In this document: positions 22,834 through 31,028 of the stretch, piece by piece | How positions within the stretch are numbered: position 1 is the stretch's first letter | Layout of the letters: each line of letters starts with the position of its first letter | NCBI GenBank assembly: GCA_964475605.1 | Contig: CAYYZC010000006.1 | Span: forward strand, 1 to 34,611 | Reading direction: 5' to 3' | Source of the DNA: an uncultured Chelativorans sp. | GTDB taxonomy: Bacteria; Pseudomonadota; Alphaproteobacteria; Rhizobiales; Rhizobiaceae | DNA length: 34,611 nucleotides | Program-made: the position numbers and the translations under genes | Notes under the pieces: generated by a model | Databases searched by the model: none | What the model was told of the DNA's origin: nothing | Seen by the model: only the letters and a program-made list of their open reading frames with translations

Positions 22834-25409
22834 CCTTTCCGGTAGCGCCGACCACGCCACCCGGCCGCCGCGACAGGGCAGCCGGCAGCCCAGGCCGGCA
22901 GTTGCGTCATGATCTGTTCGAGTTCTTCGACCGAGCCTTCGCCGTGGCGGCGCTCGGCAACGATCTCGTCGTGCACGGTGAGGAGCAGCGGATACCCGGC
23001 GGTCTCGAGGCGCAGCATCGCTTCGGCCATCAGATCGCGGGCGATGGCCTGCACGCAGTTGTGGACGATGAACGGCCCATCCTCGCCCAACACCACGAAG
23101 CGGTGCCGCGGCCCGGCGTTCAGGATGTCGAAAACCGGTTCGTCACGTCCGGGGCCGAGAGCAAACGGTCCGGCGGACAGCCATGTGCCAGGCGTCCGAA
23201 CCGGTGCCCGGTCAAGTCCTTCGCACGATGATGCATTGCGCCAGCCTTTCTTGGTAAGCACGCGGTGGTCTTCGGTCATCCGGACACCCGAGAGGGCGAT
23301 CGTCGGCCGGGTGCCGTTGCAGACCACGCCGTCGTGGGCGACCCATTCGACGCCGTCCCAGAGCCAATCCGTGTCGCGAATATCCTGGAGCGGGACCCAG
23401 CCCCGGGTCGTCAGAACCGGCGCATCGCCGGCCAGACAGTTTTCCGTCAGCAGGCCCCCGTATGCCCATTGCCGGGACCACTGGCGGGTTTTCGGGTCGA
23501 CGCCCCAATAGCAGATGCTGTCCTTGATGACGGGCTGGCGGACGATCGCGATTCCGAGCCCGTCGTATTCGACAAGGGCATCGCCGAAGCGCCGGATGGC
23601 TTCGTCTTCGTCGGCGACCCGGATACGGGCCTCCTCGGTCCACGGCATCACCTTGGGCCGGATGTCCGGCGAGGCGTAGGCCAGCGGTCGGCCGCTCGGG
23701 AGGACCATCCAGAGGAAGCCGCCCTTGACCCGGAACCGGATCCGTCCGCGCGCCGCGCTGACGATCTGGCCCGGGTTGCGAATGGTTGCTTTGGCCGCGT
23801 CTTCGAGTTCAGCCCACAGCGCCACCGTCGCCGGGTGCGCCTTGCGCCAAGCTGTCTTGAGCCGGTCGGCTTCCGCGTCCGAGACCACAAGGCCGTAATT
23901 AGCGGCCATGGCCTGGAAGGCACCGACGCCGCCCTGGTAGCCGCAGCTCAGCTCCATGACCTTGCCGCGCTGGCGGAGCGGGTCGTCCACCTCGGCGACC
24001 GGCACCCCGAAGGCGTTGCTGTAGGCCAGGATGTAGAGGTCGGCACCGGTCCCGGCATCGAAGTCCCGGAACGCCTTAATCTTCCACGTCTCGCCAGCAA
24101 GCCAAGCCAGCACCCGGCCCTCGATGTTCGAGAAGTCGGCCGCGATCAGGTCATGCCCGTCGGAGGCCGTCATGCAGGCCCGCAGCAGGGCGGAGACCAC
24201 GGCCATGGGCGGGCCATACAGCAGCCCGACCGAGTCGATGTCGCCGGACAGGACGGCTTCGACGGCGTGTTCCGTCAGCAGGTTCAGCGCGTCGCCCTTG
24301 GCCTTCGTGCTCGAGGTCTGGGCGACTGTCAGCCGGGGGAAATTATGCGGCTGTACGAGGCGCCCGGCCCACCGGCCGGTGCCGGCACCGTGATAGAGCA
24401 GTAGGCCGCGGAGGCGTTCGTCTGCGCACACGGCCGCCAGCATGCTCTTGAGCTTGGCCGTGGACGACTTCGCCGCCTCGGCCCGGATTTCGACGGCGCG
24501 CCGGGCGGCCCCGGTCACATCGCCGTCGGCGAGCATGGCGCGCACCGCCGGCTTCGCGACGCTTTCGGTGTCGACGCCCTCTTCTTGGAGCCAACGGGTC
24601 AGTTCGGCCGTCTTCGTCGCCGCGGCCACCCGGCCGCCCGTCACCTCGCGCAGCTCGGCATTCAGCCGCGCAGCCGCGCGCCCGGCGAGATCCTGCGCGG
24701 CCCGCACAAGCTCCAGATCGCAGGCGATTCCACGGTCGTTGATGCGTTGGTCCAACAGGTAGATCTGCAGCTCGGTCGAGGTGAGCGCGCGCACCCGGCC
24801 GGCAACGGCCATCTCGGCCCGGACATCCTGGCGGCAATAGGCGTAGGTCGTCGCCAGCTTCTGCGGGTCGATCTGCCACTCGATGACCTCGTCGCCGTCG
24901 AGGGTGTAGCGGGCCGGGTCGAACTCGGCCATCACGCGGGCCGCTTCGTACTTGGCGCCGTCGGTCGGCCTCCAGATCCGGCGCGGCTTGGCCACCTGAA
25001 GCATGACCCGCGAGCCGGCGGCGTCCTTCTGCTGGGCGACACCGAGCACCCGGGCCGTACGCTCCAGGTCGCGCGGGAGGGCCATGGCGGCGGCTTCGGC
25101 GGCCGTGCAGACGAATTGTTCCAGGTTGGCCTCGGGCCAGCCGTAGCGCGGCCCGGCGATGCGCCACCAGATCAGCCGTTCGAACGCCGCGTTCCAGGCG
25201 CGGATCAGGCCGCCGTCGCGGACGTGGCGGACGATCGGTTCTGGGCAGGGCTGCCCCGGCAGCCACAGGCCGACCTCGTCGCCGCCGACGGACCAGGCGC
25301 CGCAGAGGATGTCGGTTGTCGGGTGCTCGGCGTAGGGGTAGGCGCCCGCCCGCTTGATATCGACGCGGGACCGGGTTTCCCAGTCCAGGGAGAGGACGGG
25401 GCCGGTCAC
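22830..25409 (-). CDS. Family-A DNA polymerase with 3'-5' exonuclease domain, interrupted by a mini-intein
   Basis: 859 aa with a GTG start overlapping the upstream TGA. ExoI is LSLDWETRS. Pol motif A is DLIAADFSNIEGRVLAWL, motif B is RQRGKVMELSCGYQGG and motif C is LLLTVHDEIV. The intein lies between motifs B and C (see next feature). Confidence 0.85.
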   Translation of the reverse strand: MTGPVLSLDWETRSRVDIKRAGAYPYAEHPTTDILCGAWSVGGDEVGLWLPGQPCPEPIVRHVRDGGLIRAWNAAFERLIWWRIAGPRYGWPEANLEQFVCTAAEAAAMALPRDLERTARVLGVAQQKDAAGSRVMLQVAKPRRIWRPTDGAKYEAARVMAEFDPARYTLDGDEVIEWQIDPQKLATTYAYCRQDVRAEMAVAGRVRALTSTELQIYLLDQRINDRGIACDLELVRAAQDLAGRAAARLNAELREVTGGRVAAATKTAELTRWLQEEGVDTESVAKPAVRAMLADGDVTGAARRAVEIRAEAAKSSTAKLKSMLAAVCADERLRGLLLYHGAGTGRWAGRLVQPHNFPRLTVAQTSSTKAKGDALNLLTEHAVEAVLSGDIDSVGLLYGPPMAVVSALLRACMTASDGHDLIAADFSNIEGRVLAWLAGETWKIKAFRDFDAGTGADLYILAYSNAFGVPVAEVDDPLRQRGKVMELSCGYQGGVGAFQAMAANYGLVVSDAEADRLKTAWRKAHPATVALWAELEDAAKATIRNPGQIVSAARGRIRFRVKGGFLWMVLPSGRPLAYASPDIRPKVMPWTEEARIRVADEDEAIRRFGDALVEYDGLGIAIVRQPVIKDSICYWGVDPKTRQWSRQWAYGGLLTENCLAGDAPVLTTRGWVPLQDIRDTDWLWDGVEWVAHDGVVCNGTRPTIALSGVRMTEDHRVLTKKGWRNASSCEGLDRAPVRTPGTWLSAGPFALGPGRDEPVFDILNAGPRHRFVVLGEDGPFIVHNCVQAIARDLMAEAMLRLETAGYPLLLTVHDEIVAERRHGEGSVEELEQIMTQLPAWAAGCPVAAAGWRGRRYRKG
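23058..23438 (-). mobile_element. Mini-intein (127 aa, no homing endonuclease domain) in the DNA polymerase
   Basis: ...GGLLTEN|CLAGDAPVLTTRGW...GVRMTEDHRVLTKKGW...PVFDILNAGPRHRFVVLGEDGPFIVHN|CVQAIARDL... The first Cys codon is 23438-23436, the terminal His-Asn is 23063-23058 and the +1 Cys is 23057-23055. Confidence 0.75.
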
Positions 25410-26905
25410 GCCAGCATCTCTTCGAGCAAGGCCGCCTCGGCCAGGTCGAGACGGCGGCGGATGTCCGCGACGTACTCGGCGCTCTGCTCAATGCCGATTG
25501 CGCCGAAGCCCTCTTCAAGCGCGGCCTGCAGGGTTGTGCCCGAGCCGGCGAAGGGGTCCAGGACGACACCGCCGGGCGGCGTGATTAGCCGACATAGCCA
25601 GCGCATCAGCGAGACGGGCTTTACCGTCGGGTGCTTGGACCCGGTACGATCCTTGGCGGTCGCCTTCGCGCTGTAGAAGAAGCGGGCGGCGGATCCGGTG
25701 TCGCCGCGGAAGGTCGATCCGCCTTCATCAACGTTCCCTTTGAACACACTGAACGTGTTCCTGAACTTATCCGCTCCGCGCTGATGAACCGGCGCCGCGG
25801 CGCCTTTGTTGTCGCCATAAGCCGCGAACGCTTCCAGAACCTCAGCGCTGCCGTCGTGAATGACGTTGGCAGGCCAGCGGCCTGCATCGTGCGTGCGACC
25901 GCAGCCCATCCCGAAATCCATGTTGCGACTGCGGCTATCAGCGTGGCCGCGGTCGCCGGAGCAGCTCCGGGCATATGCGGCATCGTCAACGGGTACGCGG
26001 CACCCGTCGATGTTCAGAGCGCCGGTGCCGAACTCGAGGACGTTGGCCGCCACCGTGCCGGCCAAGGGCTTGCGGGCGAGAACGATCGGCTCCCAAGCCG
26101 GTTTCAACGCCGTGCCCCATCCGGCCCACTGCTTGGCCGCCTGGGTGGCGGGGGCGGTAATGTCGCGCGAGGCGAACGAGAAGCGATGCTCGCCGAAACC
26201 GCCGGGCGCGGAGCCCTCGACGTACCGCCCGATGGTTTCCCTCTCGGCGGCTTCGTAAAGCTTTTCGAATTCGGCGGGCAGGTCGAGCAGCGCCACGATC
26301 TTGCCCCAGTGGTGCCGCGGAGGCATTCCGCCGCGGTGGTCGCAACGAGTCCAGTAGCACGACGACGCCTTGATGCCGAGGTGTCGGTCAATGTCCGCGT
26401 GCGTGAATGCCGAAGCTGACACGGCTGCGGCGTACTCTTCGGCGAAGGCACGCCACGCCAGGGGGTCTCCTCCAGCCTTGTCGATCGCCTTCGACACGTC
26501 CAGCGACTTAGGGAAGCCCGTCCCGTACAGCCACCCGAGTTGGTCCCGGATCTCGAACCCGGCATCCTCGACCGCGCAGGCCATCCGGTGATAGGTGCGA
26601 GTGCCCGAGAACGCGACCAGATGACCGCCGGGCTTGAGCAGCTCGTAGGCCAGAGCCCACGTCTCTGGCCGGAATGCGACGTCGCCGCCGTCCCAGGTCT
26701 GGCCCATGAAGCCGGCGCTCGCGCGGCGGTACACGCCCGTCGCGCCGTTCGACTTCGCAGGCGCTGCACTGGCCGAGCCGAACCGTTTCACGATGCTGGT
26801 CAGGTGGTACGGCGGGTCGGTGACGATCGCATCGACTTGGACGCCGTCGAGCGCCAGATCGAGCATCGCGACCGTGCAATCGGCGCGAATGACGCGGGCG
26901 GTCAT
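25406..26905 (-). CDS. DNA methyltransferase, N6-adenine/N4 class (DPPY), with a large insertion between motif IV and motif I
   Basis: ATG 26905 overlaps the upstream TGA (the track begins at GTG 26914). Sequence MTARVIRADCTVAMLDL...VDAIVTDPPYHL... continues to ...GGVVLDPFAGSGTTLQAALEEGFGAIGIEQSAEY. Confidence 0.85.
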   Translation of the reverse strand: MTARVIRADCTVAMLDLALDGVQVDAIVTDPPYHLTSIVKRFGSASAAPAKSNGATGVYRRASAGFMGQTWDGGDVAFRPETWALAYELLKPGGHLVAFSGTRTYHRMACAVEDAGFEIRDQLGWLYGTGFPKSLDVSKAIDKAGGDPLAWRAFAEEYAAAVSASAFTHADIDRHLGIKASSCYWTRCDHRGGMPPRHHWGKIVALLDLPAEFEKLYEAAERETIGRYVEGSAPGGFGEHRFSFASRDITAPATQAAKQWAGWGTALKPAWEPIVLARKPLAGTVAANVLEFGTGALNIDGCRVPVDDAAYARSCSGDRGHADSRSRNMDFGMGCGRTHDAGRWPANVIHDGSAEVLEAFAAYGDNKGAAAPVHQRGADKFRNTFSVFKGNVDEGGSTFRGDTGSAARFFYSAKATAKDRTGSKHPTVKPVSLMRWLCRLITPPGGVVLDPFAGSGTTLQAALEEGFGAIGIEQSAEYVADIRRRLDLAEAALLEEMLA

Positions 26906-27237
26906 CCCGGCCACCCCGGCACGGTGCGGTATTCGACCGGGCGGCCCGCGGCGGTGGCGTGCTGGACGCCGAAGCGCATTCCGGGGCTGATGCCGAGGTC
27001 CGTATAGACGACGGTCGCGTCGGCGACACGGCCCCAGGCCAACCCGGCGGCTATGCCCTGCTGGCGCTCGGCCGGGTCACTGTCGTCCAGCACGTCCGGC
27101 TGCGTGTAGAGCAGGTGAGACGCAATCGGCGCCTCGCCGCGGGACAGCGCATCGCGCAGGGAGGCGCGGGCGTACCGAACATTGCGATCGACGCCGCCCG
27201 CATAGGGGGATTCGAGGATGACGAGGCGGATGGGCAA
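26902..27237 (-). CDS. Hypothetical protein, first gene of the leftward operon (tentatively nucleoside 2-deoxyribosyltransferase-like/DUF4406-like)
   Basis: 111 aa with a TTG start (no in-frame ATG): (M)PIRLVILESPYAGGVDRNVRYARASLRDALSRGEAPIASHLLYTQ...VVYTDLGISPGM. The family assignment is from memory only. Confidence 0.5.
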   Translation of the reverse strand: MPIRLVILESPYAGGVDRNVRYARASLRDALSRGEAPIASHLLYTQPDVLDDSDPAERQQGIAAGLAWGRVADATVVYTDLGISPGMRFGVQHATAAGRPVEYRTVPGWPG

Positions 27238-27322
27238 GGTCGGCTTCCCGGAAGAAGACCCCGACGCTGAAGCGCCGGGGTTCAGGCTTGGGCGGAAACG
27301 CGCCCCGTAGGGTGCAAGCCGA

Positions 27323-27375
27323 CGTTATGCCTGTTTGGGACTGAGTGTCAATCCATTTTGGAATGTACTTGGACT
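27323..27375 (-). promoter_or_regulatory. Candidate leftward early promoter with overlapping operator-like sites
   Basis: On the minus strand, -35 is TTGACA (27351-27346), the spacer is 17 nt and -10 is ATAACG (27328-27323). CCTGTTTGGGAC 27330-27341, CCATTTTGGAAT 27353-27364 and ACTTGGACT 27367-27375 overlap it. Confidence 0.35.
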
Positions 27376-27386
27376 ATCACCGACCG

Positions 27387-28016
27387 CTAAACCGGCTCAC
27401 GGAGTCCTGTCACGGTGTGGACTACCTCGACGTCAGCCTGTGGCACGACGAAATCCCGAACGGCCGGACCGTATTCGCGTAGCGTGATTCCCTCGGCCGT
27501 CCAGCCCACCAGCTCCTTGATCAACACGGCTTGGTTCTGCCTGACCACGATCACGCCGTCGCCGGGTGACGGTGGGCGACGGGGCGACACGAACAAGAGC
27601 TGGCGAGGCCGGAATCGTGGCACCATGGAATCGCCCGTCACGTACATCGCGTAGGCGTCGCTGCAGGTGGCCGCCAGCCAGCTTGGGCAGTCTACCCAAT
27701 CAATAGGGCCGTCACCCAGGAACATTTCCTGGTCGGCCCCAGCTCGCGCGGCGGCCCGGACCGGGATCTGCTTGGCGCCCGAAGCCGGTTGCGGCGGGGC
27801 CGCGGACGTTGGTCGGCTCCCGTTCAGTTCCGGCAGGTATTCAGTGGGGTCGCCGCCGAGGGCCTCGGCGAATTTGACGGCCAAGTCGAGGGTGATGCGG
27901 CGTTCGCCGCGCTCCAGCTTCGCGACATAGCCCTGTGACGATCCGATTTTCTCGGCGAGCTGCTCCTGCGTCAGCCGGGCCGCAATGCGGCGGTCGCGTA
28001 ATACGTTGGCACTCAT
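27387..28016 (-). CDS. CI/LexA-like repressor (XRE HTH + S24 peptidase domain)
   Basis: 209 aa. HTH is LTQEQLAEKIGSSQGYVAKLERGER. The S24 domain has Ser nucleophile VTGDSMVP and Lys LIKEL. Divergent from a cro-like gene. Confidence 0.85.
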   Translation of the reverse strand: MSANVLRDRRIAARLTQEQLAEKIGSSQGYVAKLERGERRITLDLAVKFAEALGGDPTEYLPELNGSRPTSAAPPQPASGAKQIPVRAAARAGADQEMFLGDGPIDWVDCPSWLAATCSDAYAMYVTGDSMVPRFRPRQLLFVSPRRPPSPGDGVIVVRQNQAVLIKELVGWTAEGITLREYGPAVRDFVVPQADVEVVHTVTGLREPV

Positions 28017-28052
28017 CGACTTTTTCTCTCCTGCGACACCGGGCCTCCCCGC

Positions 28053-28141
28053 CGTTATGCCGCTCTGTCATGACAAAATCAATGCCCCTTCCGATTTTGG
28101 CTTGACCTGTTGGATTATGACAAGATATTCCTACTTGGCAT
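28053..28141. promoter_or_regulatory. Divergent repressor/cro promoter-operator region
   Basis: On the minus strand, TTGATT (28082-28077), an 18-nt spacer and ATAACG (28058-28053) face the repressor gene. On the plus strand, TTGACC (28102-28107), a 16-17 nt spacer and GATATTC (28124-28130) face cro. Sites present are CCGATTTTGGCT 28091-28102, CCTGTTGGATTA 28106-28117 and CCTACTTGGCAT 28130-28141, plus palindrome TGTCATGACA 28067-28076. Confidence 0.35.
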
Positions 28142-28209
28142 GAAGCGGGCCGCGCGGTAATCCAAACCAGCCTGTCCCGCGACCCGAGATCACAATATCG
28201 CAGGCCCCC

Positions 28210-28413
28210 ATGATCTTAGACGCATGGCTGCAACAGGCCGGCATGACCGAGCAGGCCCTTGCCACAAAGGTGGGCGTGACGCAGTCGGCCATCCATAAAT
28301 ACCGACGCGGGCAGCGGCGCCCGAATTACGAGCGCGCACAGCAGATATCGGCGGTTACGGGCGGCGCGGTCACGATCGCCGACCTGATGTCCCGGCCGAA
28401 GGCCTCATCATGA
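28210..28413 (+). CDS. Cro/YdaS-like HTH regulator
   Basis: 67 aa, ...MTEQALATKVGVTQSAIHKYRRGQRRPNYERAQQISAVTGGAVTIADL. Divergent from the repressor. Confidence 0.75.
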   Translation: MILDAWLQQAGMTEQALATKVGVTQSAIHKYRRGQRRPNYERAQQISAVTGGAVTIADLMSRPKASS

Positions 28414-28925
28414 CGGCGGTTATGATCGGCATCGACCCCGGGCTCAAAGGCGCGATCGCCTTTCACCGGAGCGGAGCCTTGACTGTCCACGACCTGCCCT
28501 TGGCCCAGCGCCGCGGAAAAGCCGAAGTCGACATCGCGGCGCTGTCCCACCTGATTGCGGACGAAGTCGGCCGGTCCTCGGTCGAAGCCGTGATCGAGGA
28601 AGTCAACGCCATGCCCGAACAGGGCGCCGTCTCGATGTTCCGCTTCGGCATGACGTATGGGGCACTGCGCGGCCTGCTGGCGGGACGGCACATCGCGGCC
28701 ACGTTGGTCCGGCCGACCGAGTGGAAGAAGGCCCTTCGGGTATCCGCCGACAAGGCCGAAGCGATATCCCGCGCGTCCGAGCTGCTGCCGGAATCGGCCC
28801 CGCTGTGGACGGTGCGGCGGGGCCACTGCACCAAGGAGCAGGCATCCGGCCGGGCCGAGGCCGCCCTGCTGGCTCTTTGGGGCCGGCGGCACCTGCAAGC
28901 CGACGTCGAGGCCATGCTGCGATGA
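28410..28925 (+). CDS. RuvC-like Holliday junction resolvase (phage type)
   Basis: 171 aa, MTAVMIGIDPGLKGAIA...VIEEVNAMPEQG...WKKAL... (D/E catalytic pattern). ATGA overlap with cro. Confidence 0.65.
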   Translation: MTAVMIGIDPGLKGAIAFHRSGALTVHDLPLAQRRGKAEVDIAALSHLIADEVGRSSVEAVIEEVNAMPEQGAVSMFRFGMTYGALRGLLAGRHIAATLVRPTEWKKALRVSADKAEAISRASELLPESAPLWTVRRGHCTKEQASGRAEAALLALWGRRHLQADVEAMLR

Positions 28926-29746
28926 CCAGCGCCCTCGTCAAAAAGCGGGTGGAGCAGGACAAGCTCACCCGGGCTTACCGGGTCGCCAACGCCCGCGCGC
29001 TGACGGAGATCCGCGAGCAGTTTCCCGCGGTCGCCGCCTTCGCCGACTGGCTCGCCACGGATCCGTCCCCGGACGATCGGGGCCGCGCGATCCGGCTGAT
29101 ATCCGAAACCCTCAACCCCATAGACGGCATCTCCGATCCGCTGTGGGACGAGCCCGAAACCACCTTCAGGGCGCTGCTGCGACTGACGGTGCACACGCGG
29201 CCGACCGTTACCCCAGCGGCCCACAACAGGAGCGTATCCATGCTGGACATCAACATCAAGATCAGCGAGCCCGGCGACGTGGTGAAGGTCCGCGAGCTGT
29301 TCGCGGCGTTCGGCGCGCAGTTCGCAGCCGCTTCCGCTTCCGCTTCCGTGATGACGCCGGAGATTGCCGGCACGATAGCCAAGCTGGCGACGGAACCTCA
29401 GCCCGAGGCGAAAGCCCAGCCCGAAGCCCTGGCGCCGACCGAAGCGCCGACGCAGCCGGCCACGCGCGGCCGGGGCCGCCCGCGGAAGGATGCCCAGGTC
29501 GAGACGAAGGAGCCCGCGCCCGAGGTGAAGGCCGAGCCCGAAGCGGCGCCGGCGGAGCAGGCGGCCCCCGAAGCCCCGGCCGACATCACGCCCGAGGCCG
29601 CGAGGGAGGCCTGCCGCGCCTTTGCGCAGAAGCACGGCCCGATGGCGCTGAAGGCGGTCTGGGCGGAACTCGGCGTCAGCACCTTCAGCGACGTGCCGGC
29701 GGACAGGTATCCGGCGCTGGTCGAGCGCCTGGCGAAGGGGGTGTGA
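28922..29746 (+). CDS. Hypothetical protein with Pro/Glu/Ala-rich linker containing an AT-hook (RGRGRPRK)
   Basis: Internal ATG 28922 overlaps the RuvC TGA. 274 aa. The AT-hook codons are 29465-29488. Confidence 0.6.
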   Translation: MTSALVKKRVEQDKLTRAYRVANARALTEIREQFPAVAAFADWLATDPSPDDRGRAIRLISETLNPIDGISDPLWDEPETTFRALLRLTVHTRPTVTPAAHNRSVSMLDINIKISEPGDVVKVRELFAAFGAQFAAASASASVMTPEIAGTIAKLATEPQPEAKAQPEALAPTEAPTQPATRGRGRPRKDAQVETKEPAPEVKAEPEAAPAEQAAPEAPADITPEAAREACRAFAQKHGPMALKAVWAELGVSTFSDVPADRYPALVERLAKGV

Positions 29747-29748
29747 GG

Positions 29749-30972
29749 GTGACCGAGCCCCACGCAACCCGCGCCCATGCCGACCTTGGCGCGTCGGCCG
29801 CCTATCGGTGGATGGCCTGCCCCGGCTCCATCCGCCTCATCGCGACCGTGCCCGAGGACGTCCGCAACGTCACCTCGCCCCACGCCCTCGAAGGAACGAT
29901 CGCGCACGGGCTGGCCGCGCTGTGCCTCCAGAACGGCCAGGAGGCGGCCGAGTGGTCCGACCGGACGCTGCCCGAGAAATTCGGCGGCTACCGGATCGAC
30001 GCGGGAGACATGCCCGAGGCAGTCCAGACCTACGTCGACTATGTCCGGACCTCGTACCGCGAAGGCGACACCGTCCTGATCGAGCATAAGTTCGACCTCG
30101 GCAACATGGGCGCCCCCGCGCCCATGTTCGGGACGTCGGACTGCGTCATCTACCGCCCGGCCGAACGCAAGCTTCATGTCATCGACTACAAGCACGGTCG
30201 CGGCGTAGCCGTCGAGGCGAAGGACAATCCGCAGCTCCGGTACTACGCTCTCGGGGCCGTGCTCTCGCTCCCGGCCGACTGGGTCGTCAGCGGGGTGCAG
30301 GCGACCATCGTGCAGCCCCGGTCGCCGCACCCGGAAGGCCCGATCCGGCACGACACCCTCGACGCCTTCGACCTGACGGAGTGGTCGGCCGAGCTGTTCG
30401 CCGCAGCCCGGCGGACCCTGGAACCCGACGCGCCCCTGGCGGCTGGCGACCACTGCAAGTTCTGCCCCGCCGCCGGCACCTGCGCCACCCGGGCGAAGCA
30501 CAACATGGCCGTGGTTGCGATGCAGGCCGAAGCCGACTTCTCCGGTACCGAGATCATCGTGCCGCCCTCGGCCGACAGCCTCACCCCAGAGCAGGTCGGG
30601 AAGATCCTCCAGCAGGCCGACGCGGTCGAAAAGTGGCTGGCGTCGGTGCGTGACCGGGCGAAGGCCGACCTTGCCGCCGGCCGGCCGGTGCCGGGCTGGA
30701 AGCTGGTTGAAGGCCGGCAGGGCAACCGCGCATGGATCGATGAACTCGACGCGGCCATGGCCCTCGCCGAAGCCGGCCTCGGGGACGAGGAGATCTACGA
30801 GCGGAAGCTGATCAGCCCGACCACGGCGGAAAAGCTGGTCGGCAAGAAGGGCTACAAGGCCCTGGCCGACTTCGTCATTCGCAAGCCCGGCGCCCCTGCC
30901 CTGGCGCCGGAGTCCGACAAACGGCCTCCGCTCGCGCTGAGCGCGGCCGACGACTTCAACGCGATCGCATAG
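29749..30972 (+). CDS. DUF2800-type PD-(D/E)XK nuclease with Cas4-like Cys cluster
   Basis: GTG 29749 (or 29743), just after the upstream stop. Motifs seen are ...AYRWMACPGS..., ...TSDCVIY..., ...HVIDYKHGRG..., ...QLRYYALG... and ...DHCKFCPAAGTC... The upstream 364 codons of the listed 771-aa ORF are an out-of-frame shadow. Confidence 0.75.
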   Translation: MTEPHATRAHADLGASAAYRWMACPGSIRLIATVPEDVRNVTSPHALEGTIAHGLAALCLQNGQEAAEWSDRTLPEKFGGYRIDAGDMPEAVQTYVDYVRTSYREGDTVLIEHKFDLGNMGAPAPMFGTSDCVIYRPAERKLHVIDYKHGRGVAVEAKDNPQLRYYALGAVLSLPADWVVSGVQATIVQPRSPHPEGPIRHDTLDAFDLTEWSAELFAAARRTLEPDAPLAAGDHCKFCPAAGTCATRAKHNMAVVAMQAEADFSGTEIIVPPSADSLTPEQVGKILQQADAVEKWLASVRDRAKADLAAGRPVPGWKLVEGRQGNRAWIDELDAAMALAEAGLGDEEIYERKLISPTTAEKLVGKKGYKALADFVIRKPGAPALAPESDKRPPLALSAADDFNAIA

Positions 30973-31028
30973 GCGGGCCGTCGCGCCCGCCGTCCTCTTC
31001 AACACGCCAAGACGACAAGGATTCCGAG

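Noticed and set aside
23265-25676. ORFs 23265..24404 (+), 24585..25676 (+) and 24343..25569 (-) inside the polymerase and MTase genes
   Set aside because: These are antisense or alternate frames of strongly supported genes, and their Arg/Gly/Pro-rich translations look like junk.
28463-31005. Minus-strand ORFs 28463..29767 and 29398..31005, and the first 364 codons of plus ORF 28657..30972
   Set aside because: They are shadow frames over the RuvC-like, AT-hook and DUF2800 genes. The DUF2800 homology (RWMACPGS...) starts only at GTG 29749, immediately after the upstream stop.
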